This document shows, in pieces, positions 18,201 to 27,406 of a DNA stretch of 59,111 nt. Source of the stretch: Bryobacteraceae bacterium. GTDB taxonomy: Bacteria > Acidobacteriota > Terriglobia > Bryobacterales > Bryobacteraceae. The position numbers and the translations under genes are program-made. Location of the stretch: assembly GCA_050014595.1 (NCBI GenBank), contig JBEKDA010000036.1, positions 1 to 59,111 of the forward strand, in the 5' to 3' direction. The stretch's first letter is position 1. The number at the start of each line of letters is the position of its first letter. The notes beneath the pieces were generated by a model. The model searched no databases. It saw only the letters and a program-made list of their open reading frames with translations, and was not told the DNA's origin.

Positions 18201-18333
18201 AAACCAATTTGGCCAGCCCACCAGCGTCAACACCGGTTACGGTGGTGGAGGAACGGGAGGCGGAGTGGGCGGAGGCGGCAATTCCGCAGCCAACAACCGC
18301 CGCATCGATCTTTCGGTTCGATTCAACTTCTAG
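15208..18333 (+). CDS. TonB-dependent outer-membrane receptor with N-terminal carboxypeptidase-regulatory-like domain and a Gly-rich insert
   Basis: Signal peptide, then the CarbopepD_reg-like segment VKGVLTDESGAGIPAATLTISNTAGKRAAQSQPDGTYTFSGVQPGDYTLSVTYPGF. A plug-like region, a long beta-barrel with Y/F-rich strands, a C-terminal terminal-F ending (RFNF), and an internal GGRGGGGG run. Confidence 0.85.
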   Translation: MNNLRRSVFLFLGVAWVASVAAAQPSAGTVKGVLTDESGAGIPAATLTISNTAGKRAAQSQPDGTYTFSGVQPGDYTLSVTYPGFATYNKAVTVNAGATVQLPVQLTVTTEKQEITVKGELGPSISVEPDNNATALVIKGDDLMALPDDPDDLADALQALAGPGAGPNGGQIYIDGFTGGQLPPKESIREIRINQNPFSAEYDSLGMGRIEILTKPGTDKYRGSAFFNDTDATWDSRNPFASNKPPYSVRYYGANVGGPINHKTSFNFDINRRQVQDNAITNAFYVDPTSFNVTHLTDSLVTPNYNTTITPRLDYQFTSNSTLTVRFEERFNSHDNAGYGRSTLPPPYSVTGFPNAAGYNSTGDGQNLMVTETTIVTSHLVNETRFQFTRNFSQSLGNLIPSIGVAGEFSTGGNGIGNNYDTGKHFELTNISTYVHGAHTFHMGARARRESDQKQSPSGFNGSFSFQGGNEPVLNVANQIVYDSSGNEEITHLTALQQYIRNLQLLQAGFNEAQVQVLGGGPSKFSIEAGLPYVSMIRWDASPFIQDDWRIRPNFTLSLGLRYEVQSLMSDYGDWAPRIGFAWAPGSAKNGRQKTVIRGGYGEFYNRTALGPFENAFLNNGVRQLEYTVTNPVFYPNIPSLSALNPGQNTTNIVDPKLKAYRSLQSAIGVERQLPWNTTVAVTYTNLRGNHLTQNVPINTPYPGTYNYLLGAPSPTNGVFPYGYAAGNIYEMESGGILKQDILMFNFNTRFSRRVSLQGNYQYTHANDLPGTPTNPYNFAQDWGTSNLNRRSNLTVIGTVQGPFKISMAPTIVAHSGAPYDVSVGQDVYGDNGTARAFFAAAGSACNVNGVVCTPLGNFSTNYPLGTALNGSVIPPNLVPRNYLTMAGTYSINMRIYRVFGFGPKRSAEAMAAAAASGAGGRGGGGGFSGGGGGRGGGGGGGGGRGGGGGGMRMGPATGGRGGGTTASDRRYSIQVGANISNMLNHLNPGGYSGVLTSNQFGQPTSVNTGYGGGGTGGGVGGGGNSAANNRRIDLSVRFNF

Positions 18334-18492
18334 CGGTGCGAGGTGGGACCGGCCTCCTGGCCGGCCAGAAGGCCTGTCCTACTCACCATTGGGTGCGCGA
18401 CACGGAAGTGGAGAACTCACCATTTGCGCCTTCGTGTCCCCTCGTCCTACAATCTCTACTGGGATAAAGGGGATTGGCCCCTCACCGCCTAC

Positions 18493-18918
18493 ATGAACAT
18501 TTCCGTCAAAGCTGAATACGCCTTGCAGGCGATTTTCGATCTGGCGGCGCAGCGCCCTGGGGAGCCGGTGCGCATTGCCGACATCGCCCGCCGGCAACGA
18601 ATTCCGCAGAAATTTCTGGAGTTGATTCTCGCTGGGCTGAAGCAGGGTGGCTTTGTGGAATCGCGGCGCGGCGCCGAGGGCGGCTACCTGCTGGCGCGAC
18701 CCGCCGATTCCATCACGGTGGGCGAGGTCACTCGTTTCGTGGAGGGGCCGCACCAGGGCAGAACCGGTCCTCGCCGCAAAGCCGAGACCCCCTTCTCCGA
18801 TCTGTGGCTACAGGTGGACCACGCCGTGGCGGAGATCGTCGACCGAACCACCTTTGCCGACCTGCAGCGCGGCTGGACCGAGAAACAGAACAAGTACGTC
18901 TTGAACTGGGAGATCTAA
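18493..18918 (+). CDS. Rrf2-family transcriptional regulator (IscR/CymR-like)
   Basis: [79 protein letters not shown] is the Rrf2 wHTH signature. Directly upstream of cysK. Confidence 0.8.
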   Translation: MNISVKAEYALQAIFDLAAQRPGEPVRIADIARRQRIPQKFLELILAGLKQGGFVESRRGAEGGYLLARPADSITVGEVTRFVEGPHQGRTGPRRKAETPFSDLWLQVDHAVAEIVDRTTFADLQRGWTEKQNKYVLNWEI

Positions 18919-18919
18919 G

Positions 18920-19879
18920 TTGAGAGTCTTCGAAGACAATTCCTTCAGCATCGGCTCGACGCCGCTGGTTCGCCTCAATCGAGTCACCGATGGCGGCAAG
19001 GCCACCGTGCTGGCCAAAATTGAAGGCCGCAACCCGGCCTACTCCGTGAAGTGCCGGATTGGCGCCTCGATGGTTTGGGATGCGGAAAAGCGCGGCATCC
19101 TGAAACCGGGCAAAGCGCTCATCGAGCCCACCAGCGGGAACACGGGAATCGCCCTGGCGTTCGTGGCCGCAGCGCGCGGATACCCCATTACCCTGACCAT
19201 GCCCGAAACCATGTCGGTGGAGCGCCGCAAGGTGCTCAAGGCGCTGGGCGCCAACCTGATTCTCACAGAGGGTTCGCTCGGTATGGCGGGCTCCATCGTC
19301 CGGGCGGAAGAAATCGTGGCCTCCGATCCGGGGCGCTTCGTGCTGTTGCAGCAGTTCAAAAACCCCGCCAATCCGGAGATCCATTTCCGGACCACCGGTC
19401 CCGAGATCTGGGAGGATACCGGCGGAGGGATCGACGCGCTGGTTTCCGGCATCGGAACAGGCGGAACCATTTCGGGCGTTTCGCGTTACATCAAGAAAGA
19501 GAAGGGCAAGCCGATTCTATCGGTGGGCGTGGAGCCTTCCGCCAGTCCGGTCATCACCCAGCGCCTGGCCGGCCAACCGCTGAAGCCGGGGCCGCACAAG
19601 ATCCAGGGTGTGGGCGCCGGATTCATTCCCGATACACTCGATCTTTCCCTGGTGGACCGCGTGGAACTGGCGACCAACGAGGAATCCATCGAAATGGCGC
19701 GGCGCCTGGCAAAAGAGGAGGGCATTCTGGCGGGCATTTCCTGCGGGGCGGCCGTTGCCGTAGCAGTCAGGTTGGGCAAGTTACCCGAATTTGCCGGCAA
19801 AATTCTAGTGACAATCCTGCCCGATGCCGCCGAGCGCTACTTGAGCACATCGCTGTTTGAGGGATTGTTCGACGAATGA
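18920..19879 (+). CDS. cysK: Cysteine synthase A (O-acetylserine sulfhydrylase), TTG start
   Basis: PLP-lysine region [16 protein letters not shown], the glycine-rich [10 protein letters not shown] motif, and the [10 protein letters not shown] motif. Confidence 0.9.
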   Translation: MRVFEDNSFSIGSTPLVRLNRVTDGGKATVLAKIEGRNPAYSVKCRIGASMVWDAEKRGILKPGKALIEPTSGNTGIALAFVAAARGYPITLTMPETMSVERRKVLKALGANLILTEGSLGMAGSIVRAEEIVASDPGRFVLLQQFKNPANPEIHFRTTGPEIWEDTGGGIDALVSGIGTGGTISGVSRYIKKEKGKPILSVGVEPSASPVITQRLAGQPLKPGPHKIQGVGAGFIPDTLDLSLVDRVELATNEESIEMARRLAKEEGILAGISCGAAVAVAVRLGKLPEFAGKILVTILPDAAERYLSTSLFEGLFDE

Positions 19880-20153
19880 CCCGCACCCCGACCGTAACGG
19901 AGCGGAGGCCCACCGGCGTCAAATCACCCGGTCAAAGTACCGGCGTCCGGCGATTGCCGGACAAAAAGAGAAAAGCGGGCGCGGTTTGGGTGATAGGGGT
20001 GAGTTGCGCCCGCTGTCGTAACGGGGATTTACCTACTAGACGCCTTAACCCGTGAACGAGTTACAGGTTGCGCAGAAATCCTGCCCTGAGCAATATAGCC
20101 ATTAACAAATAGCCCTTTAGGGCCATATCACCTCACGCTACAATTTGAGAGGC

Positions 20154-20987
20154 ATGCAGTTGCGATTTGTCGGCTTCATTTTCGCGATGGCCGGGTCTTG
20201 CGCCTGGGCTCAAGATCAGCCGCCGGTCCCGGCTGCCGGCACGCCATTCACTGCAGCGCCGGTAGTTCTCGAGAACTCAGGCAAACCCATGGTGCTGCCT
20301 TTCGCGTGCACACCGGATGACGTGCAATGGGCGGGCCTGAGCTGCCTCGAGGATTCCCCCTGCCCAATCTTTTTGGAGCTGACCGCCGCGACGTCGGCGG
20401 GCGACAGGTTTTTCGCAGCGGGTAATATCCATTCCGCCGCAGTGACTCTTTACTCGGTCCTGCTTGGCAGCGATGATGCCGGCCGGTCGTGGCGGGAAAT
20501 ACATCCACGCATTCGCGGCGCCGGTCTCGATCATCTCCAGTTTGTAGACACCGAAGCCGGGTGGGCCGCCGGGCAGCAACTTTTTCCTTTGCCGCAGGAG
20601 CCGTTCGTGCTGTTGACCACCGACGGCGGCAAGGCGTGGCGCCAGCAAAACATCCTCAATGAAAACGCCGAGAATCGTTTTGGCTCGATTCTGGAATTCC
20701 GTTTCGGGTCCAAGACCAGCGGCGGCGTGGTGATCGACCACGGGCAGGGAGGCGACGCCGGCCGCTACGCACTCTTTGAATCACCCAACGGCGGCGAAAC
20801 GTGGCTGATCAAAGAGGAGAGCAGCAAGCCGCTGCATCTCAAACTGGCTTCCACGGAGCCTGCTGGGTGGCGGGTACGCGCCGACGCTCCGTCGGAGTCC
20901 TTCCACCTGGAGCGCCGCCTGGGGGACCGTTGGATCTCTCGCGCCGCCTTCGCGGTAAAGATCGGGGCCTGTAAGCCGCCGGAATAG
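20154..20987 (+). CDS. Secreted beta-propeller/BNR-like (Ycf48-like) hypothetical protein
   Basis: Signal peptide MQLRFVGFIFAMAGSCAWA. Repeated S/T-x-D-x-G-x-T/S-W motifs (SDDAGRSWREI, TTDGGKAWRQ, SPNGGETWLI) typical of BNR/sialidase-like repeats. Confidence 0.5.
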   Translation: MQLRFVGFIFAMAGSCAWAQDQPPVPAAGTPFTAAPVVLENSGKPMVLPFACTPDDVQWAGLSCLEDSPCPIFLELTAATSAGDRFFAAGNIHSAAVTLYSVLLGSDDAGRSWREIHPRIRGAGLDHLQFVDTEAGWAAGQQLFPLPQEPFVLLTTDGGKAWRQQNILNENAENRFGSILEFRFGSKTSGGVVIDHGQGGDAGRYALFESPNGGETWLIKEESSKPLHLKLASTEPAGWRVRADAPSESFHLERRLGDRWISRAAFAVKIGACKPPE

Positions 20988-21374
20988 CAACGGCTGGTGG
21001 GCAGTTTTGCCGCAAGGCGGCCGGGCTGTCAAGCAGGTTGCTGTACACTTTTCCCGCCCGTAGAACTCCGGCAGTGGCGCCTTCCACCGCCAGATCGACC
21101 CAAATTATGCCCGCACAGGGGTTTTGCAGGGCCGCCCCGAAAAATTCCTGGCTTCGCATCTACGGCCCCTGGATTGCACTGCCGATATGTCAGATGAGGG
21201 ACGGCACATGATGGTCGCAGCGGGACTCGCGGTTTTAGTGGTGTTTTGCTTACTGCTCTCCATGGTGCAGAAGCCTCCGGCCATAGGACGATGACACACC
21301 CGCGGGTCAAACCGACACACGCCTTTGTGCCTCTACATATTCTGATGTCTCTGCAGAAGTACGAGGTATCCGCC

Positions 21375-21722
21375 ATGACGCCGACTAAGTCCGATCCTCC
21401 CAAGGGCACCATCGATCTCCTGATTCTGAAAGTGGTCAACCCTGGACCCATTCACGGCTACGCGATCGCCCAAAGAATCCAGCAAATCTCCCGCGAGGTT
21501 CTGACGGTCCGGCAGGGCTCGCTCTACCCGGCGCTCTATCGGCTGGAGAACCGGGGTTTGCTGGCCGCCGAGTGGAAGGCCTCCGACACCGGCAGGGACG
21601 CCAAGTATTACCAACTCACCTCCAAAGGCCGCGCGCAACTCCAGAGTGAGACCGCCGATTGGGCGCGTCTCACCGAAGCCATCAGCTTGGTTCTCGAAAC
21701 CCCCGAAGGAGAAGCGCCGTGA
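21375..21722 (+). CDS. PadR-family transcriptional regulator
   Basis: IDLLILKVVNPGPIHGYAIAQRIQQISREVLTVRQGSLYPALYRLENRGLLAAEWKASDTGRDAKYYQLTSKGRAQL is the PadR wHTH signature. Confidence 0.8.
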   Translation: MTPTKSDPPKGTIDLLILKVVNPGPIHGYAIAQRIQQISREVLTVRQGSLYPALYRLENRGLLAAEWKASDTGRDAKYYQLTSKGRAQLQSETADWARLTEAISLVLETPEGEAP

Positions 21723-21757
21723 ACTGGTGGCAGCCTTCAGCATCACCGGCGTCCTGA
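21719..21757 (+). pseudogene. Remnant start of the PadR-associated permease gene (VNWWQ…), truncated after 12 codons
   Basis: GTG overlaps the PadR stop (GTGA). It encodes VNWWQPSASPAS then stop. In related genomes the gene after PadR starts MNWWQ… (FtsX/MacB-like permease). Inference from that arrangement. Confidence 0.3.
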
Positions 21758-21992
21758 TCGGCGCATAGCCGAGCATGCCCTTCAACGCGTCCAGACGGCT
21801 AAGCCCTCTATCCCTGCCGGCTCGAGGCAATTCGCGGCGAACTTCGTAACCCGCGATCTCCGGAATCACGACTTCGACGCCGCTGTAAGCCAGACTGGCG
21901 AGCCAGTTCTCACATGCTTCGCTCCCGGGGGAACTCTTCGGATTTGTGACCATTCCAAGCGGACCGGCATCCAGCAGATCGATCAGGCTCAT
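21723..21992 (-). pseudogene. Possible PIN-domain (VapC-like) fragment
   Basis: The N-terminal ~85 aa (MSLIDLLDAGPLGMV…CENWLASLAYSGVEVVIPEIAGYEVRREL) resemble the first half of a PIN domain. The remainder of the listed 219-aa ORF runs antisense through padR and is not credible. Confidence 0.25.
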
Positions 21993-22131
21993 GAAAAGAG
22001 CTTGCAGCCCTCGGGTCGATCTTCATCCAGGGAACGGCGCAGGAATCAGAACGTCTCAGGCTGGTCATTCTCGTCGCCCTGCATCCACTCGTCCAACAGA
22101 TCACCAGCCTTGCACTCCGAGTCCGTCGGTC

Positions 22132-22473
22132 TCAGGCAAGGGTGACGGATATCGCGCCGTGTTCCTTGCGCGTGGGCCTGACCGTGATTTCAACGTCCTG
22201 GCCGAGGGCGGTCAGGAAGGTCATCAGGCGCTCGACGGAGAAATTGCCGGAACGGTTGCGCATGAGTAGGGACACCTGCGGCTGGGCAATGCCGATGACG
22301 TTGCCGGCCTGCGCCTGGGTGAACTTGCGGGCCTTGATGATGCGGTAGATTTGCAGGGTCAGGCGCGCCTTGAACTGTTCCTGTTCGGGGTTGGGCAGGC
22401 CACCCCTCCAGGACTTGCTCGAAGTCCAAGGGAAAGTCGGGGCCAAGCTACGAACCCCCGTAGCCACCACCAT
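22132..22473 (-). CDS. higA: HigA-type (XRE-HTH) antitoxin / addiction-module antidote protein, apparently orphan
   Basis: The C-terminal ~90 aa (NPEQEQFKARLTLQIYRIIKARKFTQAQAGNVIGIAQPQVSLLMRNRSGNFSVERLMTFLTALGQDVEITVRP) match HigA-family antidote proteins. Only an AT-rich patch and a short HigB-unlike ORF lie upstream. The start codon is uncertain. Confidence 0.55.
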   Translation of the reverse strand: MVVATGVRSLAPTFPWTSSKSWRGGLPNPEQEQFKARLTLQIYRIIKARKFTQAQAGNVIGIAQPQVSLLMRNRSGNFSVERLMTFLTALGQDVEITVRPTRKEHGAISVTLA

Positions 22474-22582
22474 CCTGCCTGGCCGGGTTTTTCGAATAAG
22501 TCTCTTGTTTTTAATAAAATGGTTCGGCCGACCACCGGATCGACGCGCCGGCTCGCGGCTCAGCGATGCGAACCGAATCCGT

Positions 22583-22684
22583 GGGGCCAGGCTTTCAGTC
22601 TGCCGCCGGGCTTCTGCCCCGCGTCTCGCCACCGCCCCAAAGAACGCCGGCTGATAGCTGGCGGCAGGCTGAAAGCCTGGCCCC
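22583..22684. repeat. 25-bp near-perfect inverted repeat (1 mismatch) separated by a 52-nt spacer
   Basis: Arm 1, 22583-22607: GGGGCCAGGCTTTCAGTCTGCCGCC. Arm 2, 22660-22684: GGCGGCAGGCTGAAAGCCTGGCCCC. The reverse complement of arm 2 differs from arm 1 at a single position. Read directly from the sequence. Confidence 0.85.
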
Positions 22685-22840
22685 ACAGGGGCGCGTCCTG
22701 CCTTGCGCACACAAGCGCTCAGATTCAATCCGTTTTGCTGATGAACCACGTTGGCTCCCACTTTGGCGCCGCGCATCCCGGCCGTCATCCCCGTTTGCGG
22801 CGCCCCACCCGCCTGATCTATACTAAATACTTGAGATAAA

Positions 22841-22990
22841 ATGCCGAAACGCACCTTTCAACCGAATAATCGTCACCGCGCGAAGACGCACGGATTTCGC
22901 ACCCGCATGGAGACCAAGAATGGTCGCGCGGTGCTTGCGCGCCGCCGGGCCCGGGGCCGGAAAAAACTCACCGTCAGTTCCGAGAGGTAG
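22841..22990 (+). CDS. rpmH: 50S ribosomal protein L34 (49 aa; below the ORF-track size cutoff)
   Basis: Translation: [56 protein letters not shown] -10-like hexamer lies ~20 nt upstream. Confidence 0.9.
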   Translation: MPKRTFQPNNRHRAKTHGFRTRMETKNGRAVLARRRARGRKKLTVSSER

Positions 22991-22996
22991 TGCTCC

Positions 22997-23341
22997 ATCT
23001 CTGGTTTTCCGAAACGTGTCCGCCTCCTGCGATCGAAAGATTTCCGAAGAATCTATGACGAGGGCACCCGGTTTGCCGGCCCTCTGTTCGCGGCCTTCTG
23101 CCTCCGCGAGCCGCAGGCTGCCGGGCCGCATATCGGGTTCACGACGCCACGCGCCCTCGGTAAGGCGGTGGCCCGGAACCGCATCAAGCGGCGCGTCCGG
23201 GAGGCCGTGCGCTTCCACCTCGATCGGTTGAACCCACAGTGGTCGATTGTCATCAATCCACGTCGCAAAGCGCTCGATGCCCCGCTGGCGGATCTCAAGC
23301 GGGAAGTGGAGCGTCTCTTTCTGCGCTGCAATGGATCTTAA
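22997..23341 (+). CDS. rnpA: Ribonuclease P protein component; start codon unresolved
   Basis: In the same frame as rpmH, right after its stop: …[35 protein letters not shown]…[17 protein letters not shown]…SIVINPRRK…, which matches RnpA (FPKE…RL…F..V; RNRIKRR motif). Between the rpmH stop and FPK there is no ATG/GTG/TTG in frame. ATC at 22997 is the only candidate. Confidence 0.75.
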   Translation: MSGFPKRVRLLRSKDFRRIYDEGTRFAGPLFAAFCLREPQAAGPHIGFTTPRALGKAVARNRIKRRVREAVRFHLDRLNPQWSIVINPRRKALDAPLADLKREVERLFLRCNGS

Positions 23342-23535
23342 CGCTGGCTCTCAGCGTATACAAAGTTTGGGTATCTCCCCTTCTGCCGTCGGCCTGCCGG
23401 TACCGCCCGACCTGTTCGGAATACATGCGGGAAGCCATCGCTCGGCACGGCGTACGAAGGGGGATCTGGATGGGCTTGCGGCGCCTGGGGCGCTGCCGTC
23501 CGTTTCACCACGGTGGTTTCGACCCCGTGCCGTAA
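23239..23535 (+). CDS. yidD: Membrane protein insertion efficiency factor YidD; true start probably downstream of 23239
   Basis: …[70 protein letters not shown] matches YidD (RFYPTCSEY…CHP…GG.DPVP). The GTG at 23239 would overlap rnpA by ~100 nt. No canonical start lies closer to the conserved core. Confidence 0.7.
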   Translation: MVDCHQSTSQSARCPAGGSQAGSGASLSALQWILTLALSVYKVWVSPLLPSACRYRPTCSEYMREAIARHGVRRGIWMGLRRLGRCRPFHHGGFDPVP

Positions 23536-23572
23536 CGGCAAGCCGCAACGGAATTGCGTAGGAATGGTGTAA

Positions 23573-25303
23573 ATGGCCGAAACTGGCGGTACTAAAAGTC
23601 CGGGGCAAGGGCCCCAAGAAATGTCGATGGAGACGCGGCTGTTGCTGGCGTTTCTGCTGATGGGCGCAGTGATGTTTCTGACGCCCTATTTCTTCCCCTC
23701 CGCCACCACGCCTGCGAAGAAGACGACGGCTCCGACGACTCAGACAGCGCAAGGCACTCCGCCGGCTGCGGCGCCTGCCGAAACGACGGCGCCCACGCAA
23801 ATCGTGCACGAAGCCGAAAGCGCGGCGACCGCGCCGGTGACCCAGGCGAAGTCCGAGCCCACGTTCTCGATCGATACCGACCTCTTCCACGTGACCTTCA
23901 GCAACCAGGGCGGCAACGTGCGGAGCTGGCTGCTCAAGAAATATAAGGCCGATGGCAAACCGCTCGATCTGGTGAATCCCGGCGCCGCGGTGGAAGATCC
24001 CTTTCCCTTCTCGGTCTACCTGCCTGACCAGAAGCCGCTGACCAAGAAGCTGAATTGGTCCTACTACTCGCAGACCCCGGAGGCCGACGGCCTGGGCGTC
24101 ACTTACGAATTCTCCGACGGCCACAACACGCTCCGCAAAACTTTCCGCTTCCAGAAGAACAGCTACCTGGCGCAGATCACCTCTGAACTCACCACCGACG
24201 GCAAGCCGGTCCCGCACATGCTCGAGTGGCGTTGCGGCTTCGGCGATCTGACGGTAGCCACGGCTGCGGCCGCCGAGAAGACGCTGTACTTCGATCTTGC
24301 CAGCAACAAGCTTGTGGAGCATACCGCCAGCGCCGCCAAGAATGGTCCCCTCACCGACAGCGGCCACTTCTCGTTCGCGGGCCTGGAGGACGCCTACTTC
24401 ACGGCGGTTGTGCTGCCGGAAGGCGAGGCCAACGTGCAGCAGGTGACGTTCGCCGACACCATGCAGGTGGCTGGAAAGCCGGTGACTTACATTGGGGGAG
24501 CGGTTTCCGCCGGCGACGTGAACCATTTCGAGATGTTCGTGGGCCCGAAGGATTTCGACCTGCTGAAGCGCGTGAACCCCAAGCTGGAGCAGGTGATCAA
24601 CTTTGGCTGGTTGTCTGTCCTGGCCAAGCCGCTTTTCCTGATTGTCAACTGGTTCAACGACCACATCGTTCACAATTTCGGATGGGCCATCGTGCTGGTG
24701 ACGGTGGTCATCAATTTCATGCTCTTCCCGCTGAAACTTTCCAACATGAAGTCCATGCGGAAGATGCAGGCCCTGAAGCCGCAGATCGACGCCATCAACG
24801 CCAAGTACAAGAGCGTCAAGATTACCGACCCGAAAAAGGGCGACCAGAACCAGGAAGTAATGGCATTGTATAAGAAATACGGAGTCAATCCCATGGGCAG
24901 TTGCGTGCCCATGCTGTTGCAGATTCCGTTTTTCTTCGCGTTTTACAAGGTCTTCACGGTGTCGGTGGAAATGCGCGGCGCGCCGTGGCTGTGGGTGACC
25001 GATCTGTCGCAACCCGAACACCTGGCTATCCGCATTCTGCCCATCATCATGATCGTCAGCCAGTTCGTGATGCAGAAGATGACGCCGCAGGCCGCCGGCG
25101 ATCCCAATCAGCAGAAGATGATGATGTTCATGCCGCTGATCTTCGGCTTCATGTTCTACCAATTCCCCAGCGGCCTGGTGTTATACTACTTGACCAGCAA
25201 CCTGGTTAGCGTGGGGCAGCAGTGGTTCTTCAACCATACCGAGACGGCGCAAGAGGCCGCGCGCAGCGTGGAGACGCCCAAGAAAAAGAACGGCAGGAAA
25301 TAG
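23573..25303 (+). CDS. yidC: Membrane protein insertase YidC
   Basis: N-terminal TM + large periplasmic domain, then the conserved C-terminal five-TM core (GWLSVLAKPLF…NFGWAIVLVTVVI…MQALKPQIDAINAKYK…GSCVPMLLQIPFFFAFY…). Position after rnpA-yidD is conserved. Confidence 0.9.
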   Translation: MAETGGTKSPGQGPQEMSMETRLLLAFLLMGAVMFLTPYFFPSATTPAKKTTAPTTQTAQGTPPAAAPAETTAPTQIVHEAESAATAPVTQAKSEPTFSIDTDLFHVTFSNQGGNVRSWLLKKYKADGKPLDLVNPGAAVEDPFPFSVYLPDQKPLTKKLNWSYYSQTPEADGLGVTYEFSDGHNTLRKTFRFQKNSYLAQITSELTTDGKPVPHMLEWRCGFGDLTVATAAAAEKTLYFDLASNKLVEHTASAAKNGPLTDSGHFSFAGLEDAYFTAVVLPEGEANVQQVTFADTMQVAGKPVTYIGGAVSAGDVNHFEMFVGPKDFDLLKRVNPKLEQVINFGWLSVLAKPLFLIVNWFNDHIVHNFGWAIVLVTVVINFMLFPLKLSNMKSMRKMQALKPQIDAINAKYKSVKITDPKKGDQNQEVMALYKKYGVNPMGSCVPMLLQIPFFFAFYKVFTVSVEMRGAPWLWVTDLSQPEHLAIRILPIIMIVSQFVMQKMTPQAAGDPNQQKMMMFMPLIFGFMFYQFPSGLVLYYLTSNLVSVGQQWFFNHTETAQEAARSVETPKKKNGRK

Positions 25304-25306
25304 CCA

Positions 25307-25930
25307 GTGACTGATCGAAAGTATTCCGTAGCCTCCATCGGTTCCCGCATCGACGGTTTCTTGCGGCTCACCCTCCAGAATGCCGGTTTCAAAGCCAATT
25401 ACCAGATTCAGGACGTGGAATCGTCGGGGGACGATTTCGAAACGCCCGACGTGGCGGTAAAGTTTAGCGGGCCCGATGTCGACCTGATCCTGGCCAACCG
25501 TGCCGAGCTCCTGCTGGCGCTCGAGCACGTCACCATGGAAATGCTGCGCATGCCCTCCGAGGACCACTCGCGCATTTCCTTCGACGCCAACGATTACCGC
25601 CTGCTGCGCATCGAGGAACTGCGGCTCAGCGCCCTGACCGCGTCCGAAAAGGTGAAGCGCACGGGCGCGCCCTTCCGCTTCAATCCTATGAACAGCCGCG
25701 AGCGGCGTGTGATTCATCTGGCGTTGCGCGGCGACACCGCCGTGCGCAGTGAAAGCGCCGGGTCGGGGCCGCAGCGGCAAGTGGTGGTTTATCCCGCCGG
25801 CATGGCCAGCCTGCCGGAGCTCCCCTATACTCCCGCACCGCGCCGCTCCGGTCCGCCCCGCGGCGACCACGGCGACCGCGGCGGCCGGGGACGCGACCGC
25901 GGCGGCCGTCCTCCACGACGCCGGCCGTAG
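25307..25930 (+). CDS. jag: Jag/KhpB-like RNA-binding protein (KH + R3H domains)
   Basis: C-terminal R3H-like motif (PMNSRERRVIHLALRGDTAVRSESAGSGPQRQVVV). Conserved location after yidC. Arg/Gly-rich tail. Confidence 0.75.
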   Translation: MTDRKYSVASIGSRIDGFLRLTLQNAGFKANYQIQDVESSGDDFETPDVAVKFSGPDVDLILANRAELLLALEHVTMEMLRMPSEDHSRISFDANDYRLLRIEELRLSALTASEKVKRTGAPFRFNPMNSRERRVIHLALRGDTAVRSESAGSGPQRQVVVYPAGMASLPELPYTPAPRRSGPPRGDHGDRGGRGRDRGGRPPRRRP

Positions 25931-25963
25931 CGCTCTGGCAACTCTGCTTTTGCCACTCTGATT

Positions 25964-27313
25964 TTGCAGCTTAACGACACCATCGTCGCCATTTCGACTC
26001 CTCCCGGCAGGGGAGCATTGGGAGTAGTGCGCCTCTCGGGCAAGGACGCGCGCCGGATCGCCGGCGAGATCTTGCGCCCCCCTCTGGAACTTCAGCCTTG
26101 GCGCGCGCAATTGGCCGAGCTGATCGATGACCAGGGCCACACCGTGGACCAGGTAGTCGCCACGTTTTTCGAAGCCCCGCGTTCCTATACGGCCGAGCGG
26201 CTGGTCGAAATCTCCTGCCATGGCTCGCCGGTGGTCTTGCGCCATGCGGTCGAGCGCGCGCTGGCGGCGGGCGCCCGCCTGGCCGAGCCCGGTGAGTTCA
26301 CGTTACGCGGTTTCCTGCACGGCCGCATCGACCTGGCCCAGGCCGAAGCCGTGCGCGACCTCATCGAAGCCACCACGCTCTACCAGGCGCGCATCGCCGC
26401 GCAGCAAGTCAGCGGCTCGGTTTCGCGGCGCATCGCTCCACTGAAGGAGCAGTTTCTGGAATTGATTGCGCTGCTCGAAGCCGGCATCGATTTCGCCGAA
26501 GACGACGTCAGCGTGGCTCCGCCCGCCGAGATCCTGCGCCGCCTGGCCCCGATTCGCGACGGCATCAACCGCCTTGCCGAAAGTTTTCAATATGGCGCGA
26601 TGGTGCGGTCGGGACTGATGCTGGCCATCGTCGGCCGTCCCAACGTCGGCAAGAGCAGCTTGTTTAACCGGCTGCTGGAGCAGCCCCGCGCGATCGTCAC
26701 CGATATCCCCGGCACCACTCGCGATCTGGTCTCGGAGACTGCCTCGATCGCCGGCATCCCAGTGAAGCTACTCGATACCGCCGGCATACGCGCTGGCGCG
26801 GATGTGGTCGAGAGCCTGGGAATCGAACGCAGTTACCAGGCGATGGCCGATGCCGACCTGATCCTGGTGGTGCTCGACGCATCGCGTCCGCTGGATGCGC
26901 AAGACGAAGCTCTGATCGCCCGCGCCCGGGCGCAAGGCCGCCACCTGGTGGCCGGCAACAAGTGCGACTTGGGCAGCCTGACTGGCGCGGGCGCTCCCGC
27001 GTGTGTGGCCGTCTCCGCGCTGACTGGCGAAGGCATCCCGCGCCTACGCGAGTTGATCCTGGAATCGATCGCTCCGCAAGGCGCCTTCGAGCAGGAGACC
27101 GGCTTCATCACGAGTTTGCGGCACGAGCAGTTGCTGCGCGAATGCGCGGCGTACCTGGAAAAAGCGCGCGGGGCCGTGGAAGCGGCCATCCCGCACGAGA
27201 TGCTGCTGCTGGATCTTTACGCCGCGCTGCGCCCCATCGACGCTATTACCGGGGCCACCACGGCCGACGATATTTTGAATCGCATTTTTTCCACTTTTTG
27301 CATCGGGAAGTGA
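25964..27313 (+). CDS. mnmE: tRNA modification GTPase MnmE (TrmE)
   Basis: G-domain motifs [12 protein letters not shown] and DIPGTTRD; C-terminal CIGK tetrapeptide. Conserved synteny with yidC/jag. Confidence 0.9.
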   Translation: MQLNDTIVAISTPPGRGALGVVRLSGKDARRIAGEILRPPLELQPWRAQLAELIDDQGHTVDQVVATFFEAPRSYTAERLVEISCHGSPVVLRHAVERALAAGARLAEPGEFTLRGFLHGRIDLAQAEAVRDLIEATTLYQARIAAQQVSGSVSRRIAPLKEQFLELIALLEAGIDFAEDDVSVAPPAEILRRLAPIRDGINRLAESFQYGAMVRSGLMLAIVGRPNVGKSSLFNRLLEQPRAIVTDIPGTTRDLVSETASIAGIPVKLLDTAGIRAGADVVESLGIERSYQAMADADLILVVLDASRPLDAQDEALIARARAQGRHLVAGNKCDLGSLTGAGAPACVAVSALTGEGIPRLRELILESIAPQGAFEQETGFITSLRHEQLLRECAAYLEKARGAVEAAIPHEMLLLDLYAALRPIDAITGATTADDILNRIFSTFCIGK

Positions 27314-27406
27314 GCGGCCCCTGCGGGGCGTGAGCCGGGAGTCGAGGAAGTCAGGAGTAAGAATCCGCGCCAAGCGCGCTCCATCATTCTGACTCCTGAC
27401 TCCTTC

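Noticed and set aside
22420-22840. oriC/DnaA-box cluster upstream of rpmH
   Set aside because: No cluster of TTATCCACA-like boxes was seen and no dnaA gene is adjacent. The only notable feature is the 25-bp inverted repeat, which is reported separately.
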